A stretch of DNA of 64,000 bases, from IMG/VR virus record IMGVR_UViG_3300014208_000031, positions 103,665 to 167,664 of that record. One strand, 5' to 3'. Positions 28,391 through 39,118 of the stretch are shown in pieces. A program made the translations under genes and the position numbers. Each line of letters starts with the position of its first letter. Within the stretch, counting starts at the first letter, position 1. The notes beneath the pieces were generated by a model. It did not search any database and was not told the origin of the DNA. It was given only the letters and a program-made list of their open reading frames with translations. Origin of the DNA: a virus.

Positions 28391-28714
28391 TTATTCTTTA
28401 TTTTCTTCTCGATTTTGAAATTTTGTACAGCGTTCGCAGATGAGTGGTTGAAGGGACTCTATTTGTAGTAAATCACAAAAATACATTACAGTCTCTTGAG
28501 GTGCGGAGCTACAACATCCCTGCGTTTTTCTCAATTGTTTCCCCGAGTTCCACTTACAGTTTAAAAAATGATCCATAATCACATTATTACTTTCTATTTG
28601 TTTTTTAACTTCTGGTAATTCTTCATCGCTATTTAAATTTTCCATATTTATTTTTTTAATTTCTTCAGGATTTTGTCCGCCGATAAGTATTTGAAAATTA
28701 GACTGATTCTCCAT
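28391..28714 (-). CDS. Cys-rich hypothetical protein
   Basis: ATG 28714 lies 7 nt after the AAAGTATATA motif. Confidence 0.65.
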   Translation of the reverse strand: MENQSNFQILIGGQNPEEIKKINMENLNSDEELPEVKKQIESNNVIMDHFLNCKWNSGKQLRKTQGCCSSAPQETVMYFCDLLQIESLQPLICERCTKFQNREENKE

Positions 28715-28798
28715 CAAAATCTATATACTTTTGCAAATCTAAACTCCCAATTATTTTGAAGAAATTCCGCGCATTATCCCAGCGAAATCCTAGTATTA

Positions 28799-29839
28799 CT
28801 AGTTCGTATAATTGGCTATATCGTATTCGACCATCTCTTTAATTAAATCATCAAAAGTCCATTTTGGTTTCCAATTTAGCTCTTGTCGCGCTAAACTAGA
28901 GTCTCCACATAATTTTGTTACGTCGGCGGGACGATAAAATTTAGGGTCAATTTTTACTAGAGTAATATCAGAATTGTATAATCTATAAGTTTGGTCACAA
29001 CTTAAACCAGTCCAATACCCATCTATACCGGCTAATTTAAATGATTTTTCCACAAACTCTTTAACCGAATGAGTTTCATTACTAGAAAAAACATACTCTT
29101 TAGGTTGAGAACTATTTAACATTTTCCAAACTCCGTCTATAATATCCTCACAGTGCGACCAGTCTCGCTCAGAATCATATCCGCCAAGCAATAGTGGCTC
29201 AAAGTTTTGATTATTCTTTATAGAATGATAAATTCTAGCAACATTTTGTGTTATTTTTTTAGTTACGAATTCTACACCACGTCTTTTAGACTCATAATTA
29301 AAATTCCACGGCTGGACACAAAATAAATTATAGCTTTCTCGATATACTTTAATGATTTGCCTCGCAGCAATTTTAGCCGCTCCATAAACCGATCTGGCGC
29401 GCGGCGGATGTTTTTCGTCTTGAGGCGAATAAACTACATCTCCCATTTCTTCACTGGAACCAAAATTAATAAATCTACATGACGGAACTAATTTTCTTAT
29501 AGCTTCTAAAATGTGTATAATGGCTACACAGTCAACTTCAAAAGTATTGGCGGGACTAATCCAGCTTTCGGCTACAAAGCTTTGCGCCGCACAGTTAATA
29601 AAATAATCCGGTTTAATATCTTCTATATTTTTATAGATAGAATGTGAGTCATTTAAATCCCCGCTAAATAAATGAAAACGCTGATTATTTAATACATTTT
29701 CAGTTAAATTGGTATGATTTTTAACAGATAGTCGCCGGACCATTCCATAGATTTCCAAATCTGTATTATTAAGAAGATATTCGACAAAATAGCTTCCAGC
29801 TTGCCCGGTAACACCAGTGATTAATACTTTTTTACTCAT
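28799..29839 (-). CDS. gmd: GDP-mannose 4,6-dehydratase
   Basis: ITGVTGQAGSY, AAQSFV..SW, SSE, RSVYGAAK, NYES.RRG.EFVTKKI, RDW, YRPADV. Confidence 0.92.
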   Translation of the reverse strand: MSKKVLITGVTGQAGSYFVEYLLNNTDLEIYGMVRRLSVKNHTNLTENVLNNQRFHLFSGDLNDSHSIYKNIEDIKPDYFINCAAQSFVAESWISPANTFEVDCVAIIHILEAIRKLVPSCRFINFGSSEEMGDVVYSPQDEKHPPRARSVYGAAKIAARQIIKVYRESYNLFCVQPWNFNYESKRRGVEFVTKKITQNVARIYHSIKNNQNFEPLLLGGYDSERDWSHCEDIIDGVWKMLNSSQPKEYVFSSNETHSVKEFVEKSFKLAGIDGYWTGLSCDQTYRLYNSDITLVKIDPKFYRPADVTKLCGDSSLARQELNWKPKWTFDDLIKEMVEYDIANYTN

Positions 29840-30180
29840 TAAATTGACTGCTCCAAATCTAATGGGTTAATTTCATTTTCCAAAACTTTTCTATTTCTTA
29901 GTTGTAAAATTTTACTTTCTACAAAAATCCTTTTAATAGTATTGATTTCTAAATTGTCCACCATGTTTTTTAATCCAACGTCAGACATGGAGTATTGATG
30001 GGTTAAATGATTATTTTTATTAATATGTTTAGTTTGTCTATCGAAAAATACATGATATATTCCCGGCGTTGAAGAACTAATTGAGATGTCTAAGTCGCCG
30101 GACAAATTTAGTATTTCGCCGGTTGCTAGAAATTCTTTAACTATTTTAACTCTATCTAAATCTAGTTGTTCGTTTGTCAT
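29839..30180 (-). CDS. hypothetical protein
   Basis: Packed ORF. Confidence 0.65.
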   Translation of the reverse strand: MTNEQLDLDRVKIVKEFLATGEILNLSGDLDISISSSTPGIYHVFFDRQTKHINKNNHLTHQYSMSDVGLKNMVDNLEINTIKRIFVESKILQLRNRKVLENEINPLDLEQSI

Positions 30181-30183
30181 GTT

Positions 30184-30378
30184 TTAATTATGAAAATCTA
30201 AATTATGATTGCTTGTGTGTTTATTTTGAAATTGAACCATAAATCTTATACCAGCTTCAAACGCCCCGCGCATTTTTCCTATATCTTCTCGATATAAACT
30301 TTGTAACTCCTTAGACATTATTTTATCTATATAATTTTTCCAAAATTTGTCTTTTTCTTGTTCTAGAATTGTTTTCAT
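30184..30378 (-). CDS. hypothetical protein
   Basis: ATG 30378 (MKTILEQ) follows the promoter-like motif. Confidence 0.55.
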   Translation of the reverse strand: MKTILEQEKDKFWKNYIDKIMSKELQSLYREDIGKMRGAFEAGIRFMVQFQNKHTSNHNLDFHN

Positions 30379-30379
30379 A

Positions 30380-31204
30380 CTAAAACTTATATCCTTTAGT
30401 TGAGGATTCTGTAATAACTTTAGGTATAGGGAGTTTATTTTTTTTAAACCAAATTTCATTAAATTGAACAGAATTAGTTAATTCATCCCATTTATAAGAA
30501 CAGCCGTCGCCATTTAAAGTTGGCTTTTTATCAGAACTCCACCGGGTATTTTGGTATAAAATTTTATCACGGCTCCGAGAATTTGAAAGCCAAGAAAGGT
30601 GCTTAATCGGAATATTTATAGTCTTATTCTTTAAAATATTTTGATCAACTAATTGCTTGTCAGTGCCATATTCAAACAAAATATTATTGTCATAATTAAA
30701 AGAATTTAATTTAAACGGCGGACAATCTACCTTCCAAATCCGCGGAGGAGTAAATAAGTCTGCTAAATACTGATTTTCCGTTTGGTAATAGTTTCTCAAT
30801 GAGAGTCTAAACCAATTAGTTTCTGGATTATTTTCAACGTATTCTACTATTTCTTTTATTTGCTTTAAGGTAAAAAGCTCATCAGAGGCGTCTAAAAGTA
30901 TGATCGTGTCGCAGCCAGCTTCCAAAAGAGGTTTCAATGCAAGATTCCGCGCGGCGGCTTCGCTTAACGGTTTATCACTTATGTTTAAATAACTTATTGA
31001 TCCATTATTATAATAATCAGTTAGTTTTCTATGGGTTCCGTCTTTGCTTAAAATAGGATTTCCTAAATCAAAAAATTCCTGAAAACACGAATGGACTACA
31101 GAAATCTTACTGTTATTTTTTAAACTGTATAAAATAAATGGACTTAATGATTTATCTAGAAAATCTGAACAATCATAAGCCGCTGCCAAAAATCCAGTTT
31201 TCAT
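30380..31204 (-). CDS. glycosyltransferase, GT-A fold (GT2-like)
   Basis: AAYD, ARNLAL, LLDASDE, HLSW. Confidence 0.65.
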   Translation of the reverse strand: MKTGFLAAAYDCSDFLDKSLSPFILYSLKNNSKISVVHSCFQEFFDLGNPILSKDGTHRKLTDYYNNGSISYLNISDKPLSEAAARNLALKPLLEAGCDTIILLDASDELFTLKQIKEIVEYVENNPETNWFRLSLRNYYQTENQYLADLFTPPRIWKVDCPPFKLNSFNYDNNILFEYGTDKQLVDQNILKNKTINIPIKHLSWLSNSRSRDKILYQNTRWSSDKKPTLNGDGCSYKWDELTNSVQFNEIWFKKNKLPIPKVITESSTKGYKF

Positions 31205-31205
31205 A

Positions 31206-31637
31206 CTATTTTAAAGCTAAATCGTTGGCTATTCCTTCAATAGTTACTGGTTGCATTCTAGCGAAGAAACAAAATGCAATTGTCCGCGTGAAAGTTGAAC
31301 TTAAAAACATACAACATCTATGTGCAAATTCTCGTTTATCTTCTGGAATATCTTGTGGGTTTAATATAGCGCAATTCCATTGAACATTTTCTAAAGAATT
31401 TTCGGGCGGCGGCGCGTTAATATACCAATTTTGAACAATCATTTCTAAACCATCTAAAGTGCCGCCAGAAAATACCATTCCATAATTACCGTCTTTTCTA
31501 ACTTTGACCGAGAATTTTTCTCCTTCAAAATCTATTTGTTTAGATTCCATTTTAATTTTAGCATCTTCTGAATAATACATCCAGCGAAAATATTCTTGTA
31601 AATCTTTTAATACGTCTATTACTTGTTGTTTTTCCAT
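31206..31637 (-). CDS. hypothetical protein
   Basis: ORF with motif 7 nt upstream. Confidence 0.7.
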   Translation of the reverse strand: MEKQQVIDVLKDLQEYFRWMYYSEDAKIKMESKQIDFEGEKFSVKVRKDGNYGMVFSGGTLDGLEMIVQNWYINAPPPENSLENVQWNCAILNPQDIPEDKREFAHRCCMFLSSTFTRTIAFCFFARMQPVTIEGIANDLALK

Positions 31638-31638
31638 A

Positions 31639-32844
31639 TTATTTTATATCCTTTGCGTCGGCGTATTCCCACTTAAAACCATACCAAGTTTTTCTCTTTC
31701 CCTTACAGGCTGTTGATAGATTTTTATTTTTAACGCCTAAATAATTAGCTGCTTCCTGTAAGCTATTAAAAATATTAATAACTTCGTTTGTATTTTTATC
31801 AATTTGTTTAACTTTTTTGCGTTTTGGAGAAATGGTAGATTCAAGGGCGCAATTTGGGCATCCCCTTCCTTGTAAATGACATTTTGGTGTTTGCTGGAAT
31901 TTTATATTACAAGGTTTACATTGAATTTCCATTTTGGAATTTCTCTTTGAATATGTTGATTCGTTATACATATATTTATAATTATGTATCAAATTTGCTT
32001 TATCAAGAAACGACTGAAACGTTTTTCGTGCAGGATAATTTTGAGACAAACAGATTTTGCATCCTTCTTTACCCTGTAAATGGCTACCTCTATTCTGAGT
32101 AAATTTTAAATTATGAATTTTACAAGTTAAATTAGTAAACAGAATATTATTTTTTAGTTCAAAATCATGATAGTAGTATTTATCTCCAAATATATCCATA
32201 CTTTTCTCTGTAAAATCTTGCAAACTCATCATTTTTGTTTCCGATGCTCTTTCATTTTTACATAAATTACAACCTTGACCAGCGATATGTTGCACGGCTT
32301 TCTGATAAAAAAATTTCTGACACCGTTTGCAAAAAATTTCTATCTTATTTTTATAGCCCGTATAATTTACTCTTGAATAATCATATTTATCATCATGAAT
32401 AAATTTACATCTCTCGATAAAATGATTTCGGGTTTCTCTTTTACCAAATTTAGTTCTTAAAACATCTTCTTCGCAAGAATGTATGATTTCGCCGCCAGGA
32501 GTCTTATTATACCCAAAATCAGAATCATTAGATTTATATCTTTTAATGTAATGTTTTTCTAAATCAAGAAGTTCTAAATTAGAACAATTTTCATGTTTAA
32601 CATAAAAACCAAAATCTTCTGGATTGTAAAATCGTATGGCATTCATAACATGCAGATTATGTCTTTCATATTTTAGCCAGTCATTTTTATATCTTTGGTT
32701 AAAAGTTTGAACTGTTTTACCAACATAACATTTACCATTTATCTTGTTAAAAATTAGATATAATATTCCTATACTATTTTCTAATTGAAATTGAGATGCC
32801 GGGATTAAAGATAATAAATCTTGAATTAATTCATCTGTTGACAT
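31639..32844 (-). CDS. GIY-YIG homing endonuclease with zinc-ribbon repeats and NUMOD1 domain
   Basis: ILY..NKINGKCYVGKT, GYNKTPGG, three C..H..G.GC..C repeats, FNSLQEAA..GFKWEY. Confidence 0.85.
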   Translation of the reverse strand: MSTDELIQDLLSLIPASQFQLENSIGILYLIFNKINGKCYVGKTVQTFNQRYKNDWLKYERHNLHVMNAIRFYNPEDFGFYVKHENCSNLELLDLEKHYIKRYKSNDSDFGYNKTPGGEIIHSCEEDVLRTKFGKRETRNHFIERCKFIHDDKYDYSRVNYTGYKNKIEIFCKRCQKFFYQKAVQHIAGQGCNLCKNERASETKMMSLQDFTEKSMDIFGDKYYYHDFELKNNILFTNLTCKIHNLKFTQNRGSHLQGKEGCKICLSQNYPARKTFQSFLDKANLIHNYKYMYNESTYSKRNSKMEIQCKPCNIKFQQTPKCHLQGRGCPNCALESTISPKRKKVKQIDKNTNEVINIFNSLQEAANYLGVKNKNLSTACKGKRKTWYGFKWEYADAKDIK

Positions 32845-32977
32845 TTGGTAGGCTTTCTAAATATAAATCTAGAGCCCGCCGAATTATTTCTGATTTAGTC
32901 ATTCCCCCAATTTGTTTTTGGAATTTCTTTATTTTTATTTCCTGTTCGTCAGTCAAATAGATTTGAGTTCTTTGCAT
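32831..32977 (-). CDS. ribbon-helix-helix (CopG-like) protein, 48 aa (not in ORF track)
   Basis: MQRTQIYLTDEQ..KSEIIRRALDLYL; GTGTAAA 8 nt upstream. Confidence 0.75.
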   Translation of the reverse strand: MQRTQIYLTDEQEIKIKKFQKQIGGMTKSEIIRRALDLYLESLPNVNR

Positions 32978-33014
32978 ATATTATATTTACACTTTTTTAA
33001 TGTATAAATGAAAT

Positions 33015-33887
33015 TTAACTTAAAGAATCTATAATATTTTGCGCTACTTGTTTTGGCGAAAATTGTTGTTGATATATTATTGAAAGTGGTTTACAAATCC
33101 CTTCAACTAAATCTTCATAATAAAAATCTAGTTTCTGAATTTTTTTATAAATTTCATCAACTTCTGGTTTAGCAATAAAAGCGTGAGGACAAAATTCAAA
33201 GGCTGTAGGATTGTCTCCTAAACAAATGGGAATGGATGAACCACAAATACTCTCAGGTATTGGTAGGCAAAGTCCCTCCACCGATCCCAAGCAAAATACA
33301 TATTTAGTTTTGTTATAAACTTCATTTAGTTCTTCGTCGTTTAAGATTCCTAAATGTTCTATTCCATCAACTCTCATATCTTCGCCGCCGACCGAAACCG
33401 CGCGGATATTTGGAATAGTTTCTCTAAATTTGTTAATGACTTCAATTCCCAATCTGGTTCGTTTATTTGGGTCTAAATTTCTTCCAATAAAAGCAAATTC
33501 TATAGATTTTTTAAGATTAAGATTTGTTATTGGTTTAATTGGTTGATATATGCAATGAGCAGTTATTCCAAATTCTTTTAAAATCTGTTCTTTGACTGTC
33601 TCGGAAATAGTTGTTACTGCACTTGCTTGAAGAAGTCGCTCCTTGCATTGTTTAAAATCGCTTGACTTCCAACAGTGGAATGGTAAATCTAACACGTTTT
33701 GGATGTATTTAACCTTATATGATATATGTTCTACGATGGTAGTATAAATCTGTTCAAAATCATTATTATAAATTACATCCGCAAATTCCGATTCGCTAAC
33801 TAATTCATGACCCAAATCTAAAAATCCTTTATCAATTCTAGAAATCTGATCGGCGTAAAATCGCGCGCCATATGTTTTAATTTTCAT
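33015..33887 (-). CDS. glycosyltransferase family 4-like (GT-B)
   Basis: FIGR..NKR, EGLCLPIPE (EX7E). Confidence 0.75.
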   Translation of the reverse strand: MKIKTYGARFYADQISRIDKGFLDLGHELVSESEFADVIYNNDFEQIYTTIVEHISYKVKYIQNVLDLPFHCWKSSDFKQCKERLLQASAVTTISETVKEQILKEFGITAHCIYQPIKPITNLNLKKSIEFAFIGRNLDPNKRTRLGIEVINKFRETIPNIRAVSVGGEDMRVDGIEHLGILNDEELNEVYNKTKYVFCLGSVEGLCLPIPESICGSSIPICLGDNPTAFEFCPHAFIAKPEVDEIYKKIQKLDFYYEDLVEGICKPLSIIYQQQFSPKQVAQNIIDSLS

Positions 33888-33894
33888 TTAAAAT

Positions 33895-34155
33895 CTATAT
33901 ACTTTGTTTTTGAAAAAGCGTAGTCCAATCACCCTGATTTAATCTACCTTTTAATTGCTCAATCTCGGCGGTTAATATCTCATTGGTTTTACGTTCAGAA
34001 TCAATCAATTCTCTTAAAACTTCAACTGGTTTATAATTTTTACGATAATAAGACAATTCTTGTTCCAAAGATTCTACAATTCGATTGAGCGCGCCGATTT
34101 GGATCGCGCGGCCTTCCATTGTGTTTGAAAGTGGTATATAGTTGTAACTATACAT
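33895..34155 (-). CDS. coiled-coil hypothetical protein
   Basis: Packed ORF. Confidence 0.6.
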   Translation of the reverse strand: MYSYNYIPLSNTMEGRAIQIGALNRIVESLEQELSYYRKNYKPVEVLRELIDSERKTNEILTAEIEQLKGRLNQGDWTTLFQKQSI

Positions 34156-34158
34156 TAT

Positions 34159-34815
34159 TTAAGCTTTTCTAATAACCCATTCTGTATTATATAACGCCGA
34201 AGAACTCATCAAGTTATTATCATTTACAAACTTATCAACTGCTCCAAAAACACCGGGCCAATGTAATTTATTAATATCATAATCATCTCCAAATAAAGTT
34301 CCCCCATTTTTTATTAAAGGCCAATAGCTTTTAATATCGTCTGAAACTTCATCAAATTCATGACAGGCATCAACAAAACAAAAATCACAACTAATATTTA
34401 ATTTTTGCAAGTATCTCGCGGCGTCATGACTTGAATGGGGAATTGGAATAACATACTCTTGTAATCCAGAATTAATAATATTAGATAAAAACTGTTGATA
34501 TAATGTTGGAAATCCGTTTTTACAGTTCAACATTGGAAAAAATTCATCATGTTCTCTATGAAACGTAGAACCTGTAAATGTATCTACACAAAAAATAGTT
34601 GGAATTATATTTTTATTAAGAAAAAAATTACATATTTCAATTGCAGATGCTCCTTTCCAGCTTCCGACTTCAATAATTGTTACTTCGGGGCCAGAATATT
34701 CACCAAATATATTATTTAATTCTCCGGTTATATTGGTTGGTTCAGTTTGGAATGGTAAAATATAAAAATTTTCATAAATATTTTCCTGATGAATTAATTT
34801 TAAATATGGATTCAT
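34159..34815 (-). CDS. class I SAM-dependent methyltransferase (Methyltransf_24-like)
   Basis: IEVGSWKGAS, VDTF.G, FVDACH, GDDY. Confidence 0.85.
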   Translation of the reverse strand: MNPYLKLIHQENIYENFYILPFQTEPTNITGELNNIFGEYSGPEVTIIEVGSWKGASAIEICNFFLNKNIIPTIFCVDTFTGSTFHREHDEFFPMLNCKNGFPTLYQQFLSNIINSGLQEYVIPIPHSSHDAARYLQKLNISCDFCFVDACHEFDEVSDDIKSYWPLIKNGGTLFGDDYDINKLHWPGVFGAVDKFVNDNNLMSSSALYNTEWVIRKA

Positions 34816-35642
34816 TGTTTTAACTTTTCTTCTATTTTGGATAGAATACTGTCAATTGGGATATTTTGGATTGTATTATTGACAAAATAATAACCGTTTG
34901 GGTTAACAGGAACATACGCAGGCAGCCGCGCCCAACCAATTGTATTCATACCGTAACCGTCAGCTACCCAACTCCACAAAGAATCAGTTGTTAAAAACAA
35001 TTTAGAATCAGTCATTAACTGCGCGGCCTCAATTATAGATAATTTACTCGCGGGCCATCTATCTTCCAATTCAAAAACCTCTTTAGTATCCAATCTTACA
35101 ACAGAATAACCTAATTTTTCTATTTCGTTAAATAGTTTGTAGAATTGTATTGGATTAAACGTGCGAGCTAACTGGTTTGGGTGGGTACCAGAGGGGAAAG
35201 CACACACTGTTACAATTTTATTATCTGGGGGTAAAATGTTATCAAACCATTTGTTTAAATAACACTGTTTATTTTTGGGTTCTGGAAATCCGTGCATATC
35301 ATGGACTTCGGTTATGTTATGGCCGCCCGGCTTTAAAAACCATTGTTCATCTTTATGTCGGGGCATTGCATTGTAAATTAATCCGCCGTCTTTTTGAATT
35401 TTTGATATAAATTCTAAATCAGAATTAACCGGCCAATCATCGTAACCATGCCAAATTCTAAATCCGTCAATATATTCGTTATTATAAAACAATGAAAGAA
35501 TTTTGGCGTATTTTTTATTACAGCAAAAGGTTAAATGGGAATCTGGATATAATTCTTTATGAGTTCTACATAAGGTAGTATTTAAAATTAAATCGCCAAA
35601 TTCTCCCGCACTAAATCCCGCGGCATTAAAGAAATGACTCAT
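34812..35642 (-). CDS. GT9-like (heptosyltransferase-fold) glycosyltransferase
   Basis: FGDLIL, YPDSHL, FLTTDS..WVA. Confidence 0.65.
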   Translation of the reverse strand: MSHFFNAAGFSAGEFGDLILNTTLCRTHKELYPDSHLTFCCNKKYAKILSLFYNNEYIDGFRIWHGYDDWPVNSDLEFISKIQKDGGLIYNAMPRHKDEQWFLKPGGHNITEVHDMHGFPEPKNKQCYLNKWFDNILPPDNKIVTVCAFPSGTHPNQLARTFNPIQFYKLFNEIEKLGYSVVRLDTKEVFELEDRWPASKLSIIEAAQLMTDSKLFLTTDSLWSWVADGYGMNTIGWARLPAYVPVNPNGYYFVNNTIQNIPIDSILSKIEEKLKQ

Positions 35643-36410
35643 TTATTTACTAAAACAAATAATTTCTCTGTCTAGAGGGTTTAGGTCTAAATTTTTATCT
35701 AATTCTACCAATTGATTGTTTTCTATGCGTGTTATTACATATCCCCATTCGTCTCGAATTCTATTAAAATCAAACCCGCCGTCTTCTACAGACACAGAAC
35801 TTGGAAAATTAACTTTACTGGGAAAATCTTCATATTTTACGCAGTTACCCGGATGCTTTTCAATATACATAATTGGACGGTTTTTGAGAACTTTTTCTAA
35901 GTGAAATGTATTTAAGACAATTGACTCCATTCCTTCAATATCCATTTTAATAAAATTAGGCCAAGGAATCGAATTTTCCTCACAAAATTTTTCTAAAATT
36001 ACATATTTAATTTGTTGTTCGGGATTGGATTCTGAAACCGGAATGTTTCCACAATCATCCCAATTACAATCACCAAATCTAGTTAAATCTTCTTTTTCTT
36101 TATCAAAGAGTGCAGCTTTATGAGTTTTTACATTAAATGGTTCACAGTGAGTTTTACACCTATCAAAATTATTAGGAGAAGCTTCAAAAGCGTGGACTTG
36201 TCCGCCACATAAAGAGAAAGCTATAGAATGAGTTCCAATATATGCGCCAATATCATAACAAATGTCATTAGGCTTAATTAAATATCTCCATAAAGGCAAA
36301 TATCTAACAGCGTCAATTGGATAACCATTTCTTATACATCTATCTAAGATTCCACCGCCTAATTTATCAAATTTTACTATTGTGCCGTCGTAGTTTACAG
36401 TATCATTCAT
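35643..36410 (-). CDS. FkbM-family methyltransferase
   Basis: DIGAYIG.HS, FEAS, FIKMDIEGME. Confidence 0.88.
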   Translation of the reverse strand: MNDTVNYDGTIVKFDKLGGGILDRCIRNGYPIDAVRYLPLWRYLIKPNDICYDIGAYIGTHSIAFSLCGGQVHAFEASPNNFDRCKTHCEPFNVKTHKAALFDKEKEDLTRFGDCNWDDCGNIPVSESNPEQQIKYVILEKFCEENSIPWPNFIKMDIEGMESIVLNTFHLEKVLKNRPIMYIEKHPGNCVKYEDFPSKVNFPSSVSVEDGGFDFNRIRDEWGYVITRIENNQLVELDKNLDLNPLDREIICFSK

Positions 36411-36429
36411 TTAATTTTATATCCTTTTA

Positions 36430-37158
36430 TTATCTAATTTCGTATTCTCTAACAAAGAAATTATGTCTAATAATCCCGTTGTATCTAATTATCCATTTCT
36501 CAAAATTTGGGAACTCTTTATATCTATATCCATTATTTAATCCCGCGAGATGAACAACTAAATCTCCATGCTCGTAATTAACATTCCATTCACGATCTTT
36601 CATTAGAGGATGATAATGTGAATTAATCGAACGAGTGGGCAAAAACTTAAAATGACTACTTTCGTTTGGATTATTATTATAATACTTTATAATAGCAGAT
36701 TGTTCAAAAAAACAATTTGGTCTTGGCTCGGCAAATTCAGGATCATTCCATATTTCTCGTAAAAACTTTTGTGTCCACGGAGTATTTCTATAAATGATAG
36801 AGCCGGTATTTAGATGTTTTATATCATTTTTATAACAAGTAAAAAATACATCATGATCTTGATCAACAATAGATTCGAGTTTAATATTTTGATTCATTAT
36901 CATCAAATCGCTGTCAAAAGTCCAAATATACGAAAAATCTTGTAAATGTTTAATTGCTAAATCAATTTTTCCCCACGAAGCCGCGCGGCTTTTGTTAAAT
37001 TCATCAGTTATTAAATAGTTATAATCGTTAGCCTCACAATACGAAATAATACTTTTTGAGGTAATTTTAGATATTTCTTCATAAGTGGGCGCGCCGGGCG
37101 GATGCGCTCCTTGATCAAATACTGAGATTATTAAAAAAGTTGATTTATTTAACGACAT
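36430..37158 (-). CDS. GT34-like (GMA12/MNN10) glycosyltransferase
   Basis: R.ASWGKI, WTFDSD, LNTG, EQSA, VHLAG. Confidence 0.8.
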   Translation of the reverse strand: MSLNKSTFLIISVFDQGAHPPGAPTYEEISKITSKSIISYCEANDYNYLITDEFNKSRAASWGKIDLAIKHLQDFSYIWTFDSDLMIMNQNIKLESIVDQDHDVFFTCYKNDIKHLNTGSIIYRNTPWTQKFLREIWNDPEFAEPRPNCFFEQSAIIKYYNNNPNESSHFKFLPTRSINSHYHPLMKDREWNVNYEHGDLVVHLAGLNNGYRYKEFPNFEKWIIRYNGIIRHNFFVREYEIR

Positions 37159-37816
37159 TTTTATTTTTAAATAATGCTATTCCGATATTTGCAAAATTAT
37201 GAATATTATCGTATATTTTAACTAGTTCTAATTCCGGTAAATTACATCCATCTCTAATCTCTTGACATGTAGTATAATCATCAACTAAAACATAAGGAAT
37301 ATTTAACTGGACAGCCACCTTACAATCTCCACGCGCGCCATTAAACGTATGATCCCCGTCAACGAACATTAAGTCATATTGTTTATCTTTATATCTATCA
37401 ATTGTTTCTTGAGAATAGGAACTTCCGGCGAAGAACCTGAAGCGACCCGGAAACCATTCGTCGAAAAGTCTAATAATTTCATTAATACCGCCACGAGTCC
37501 CAGGAATAAAATAATCATTATAACTATATTCTAGTTCTATGTGGCCTGTTCCATCACATAAATCAATGGATGTAACGTTGGCATTAGTTAGACTTAGAAA
37601 AAGGGTTGACGAAACTCCACCATGCGTGCCTGTTTCGAGTATCTCCTTTGCGTTAGAAATTTTGACAACATCTTGGATCATTTCCAAGCATGTTTCTCGA
37701 AGATTTAAGATTGGCTTTCCGTCATGAAAAAATCCTTTATCATAAGCAATTCCGCCGAGAGAAGGCTTTGGAAGGGTTAATAAACGTTGGATTATTGTTT
37801 CTTTATTTGTTTTCAT
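37145..37816 (-). CDS. class I SAM-dependent methyltransferase (Methyltransf_24-like)
   Basis: LETGTHGGVS, FVDGDH, VDDY. Confidence 0.8.
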   Translation of the reverse strand: MKTNKETIIQRLLTLPKPSLGGIAYDKGFFHDGKPILNLRETCLEMIQDVVKISNAKEILETGTHGGVSSTLFLSLTNANVTSIDLCDGTGHIELEYSYNDYFIPGTRGGINEIIRLFDEWFPGRFRFFAGSSYSQETIDRYKDKQYDLMFVDGDHTFNGARGDCKVAVQLNIPYVLVDDYTTCQEIRDGCNLPELELVKIYDNIHNFANIGIALFKNKNVVK

Positions 37817-37822
37817 TTTTAA

Positions 37823-39118
37823 TTATATACTTTCGTTTCTATAAACACTAAATTCCGGAGACGTTAGAATAAAAGACCCGCCTTTGTCTAAATATTCTTT
37901 TTCTCTTTGTTTAAAATTCTCTAAAAAGAACCAAGGACCGATGAGAAGATAATCGGGATTTTTTAATCTCATATCACTATCACTGATAATTTTTAAGTTA
38001 CTCCCGGTCATTTTTAATCCAACTTTTCTATCTTGTTTTTCTGAAATAGCAGAAACTAAATCAACATTCAATTGAAATACTTGACTTAAAGTTGAAAATT
38101 TCGTGGACGCACCATAGCCGAATACCGTTTTACCTTTACTTTTTTCATTAACTATAAAATCAAGGGTTTTTCTTTTTAATGATTGAATTTTTTGATAGAA
38201 TTTTTCATAAACATCAACTGAATTATAACCATTGTTTTCTTCCCATTCTAAAAGTGACTTAATTCTAATTTGAGCAATATCATTGTCCGCCGGGGTTTTA
38301 AAATTTCGCGCGGATTCTTTTTGTAAATAAACTCTTAATGAGCCTCCATTTACATTGTTTAATTCTACATCTTTGATCACAAATCCTGCTAAATCGGTAA
38401 TATATTTAAGCGAAGTTAAATTAAAATACGTTAAATGTTCAAATGTTAAATTTCCTACCTCACATTGAATTAACATTAGAGGAGTATAAGATAATTGAAT
38501 TACACAAACTCCATCGTCCTCCAAAATCTCATACATATCCTTAATGCCTTGAACGGGATCGGGAAAGTTATACAAACAGGCACAACAACTGATGTAACGG
38601 GCTTTATTATAGCCTTTAATTCTATCGGTAAAAACTTTAGAATATCTATTGAAAGCGTCCGCCGAAAAATAATCACGAATAGACAAATCCGCCGCACCTT
38701 CCATTAAATCATACTTAGATGGATCAATACCTATTCTAATAAAATATGATGAGATATTAGAAAGTAATGTATTGTCATTTGAGCCGACATCTAGATAAAC
38801 ACTATTTTCTATAGCCGGAATACAATTTACGGTTTTCTGAGCAACATCTTTTAGAGCCGCGGCCATAGAAGGATTTGTTGAACTTAAATACCAGTAAAAA
38901 TTTGTAAACATAGCCTCGGCGGGTGGCTGCGCCATCAATTGAGCGACTTTAGAAACAGGATCGAACCCGAGAGTTAATTCACACGGCGGACATTTAGGAT
39001 TTTCATCCACCGGAATAAAATCAGAAACATACAATTCTCCTAAAGAAAATATTGGAATTAGTTTTTCATTACTTACAACCGAATGGGTAAATTGTTTATT
39101 CATTAATTTTTTAATCAA
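37823..39118 (-). CDS. NDP-sugar C-methyltransferase
   Basis: YWYLSS, DVGSND, EHLTYF, NGGSLR, GYGASTK. Confidence 0.85.
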   Translation of the reverse strand: MIKKLMNKQFTHSVVSNEKLIPIFSLGELYVSDFIPVDENPKCPPCELTLGFDPVSKVAQLMAQPPAEAMFTNFYWYLSSTNPSMAAALKDVAQKTVNCIPAIENSVYLDVGSNDNTLLSNISSYFIRIGIDPSKYDLMEGAADLSIRDYFSADAFNRYSKVFTDRIKGYNKARYISCCACLYNFPDPVQGIKDMYEILEDDGVCVIQLSYTPLMLIQCEVGNLTFEHLTYFNLTSLKYITDLAGFVIKDVELNNVNGGSLRVYLQKESARNFKTPADNDIAQIRIKSLLEWEENNGYNSVDVYEKFYQKIQSLKRKTLDFIVNEKSKGKTVFGYGASTKFSTLSQVFQLNVDLVSAISEKQDRKVGLKMTGSNLKIISDSDMRLKNPDYLLIGPWFFLENFKQREKEYLDKGGSFILTSPEFSVYRNESI

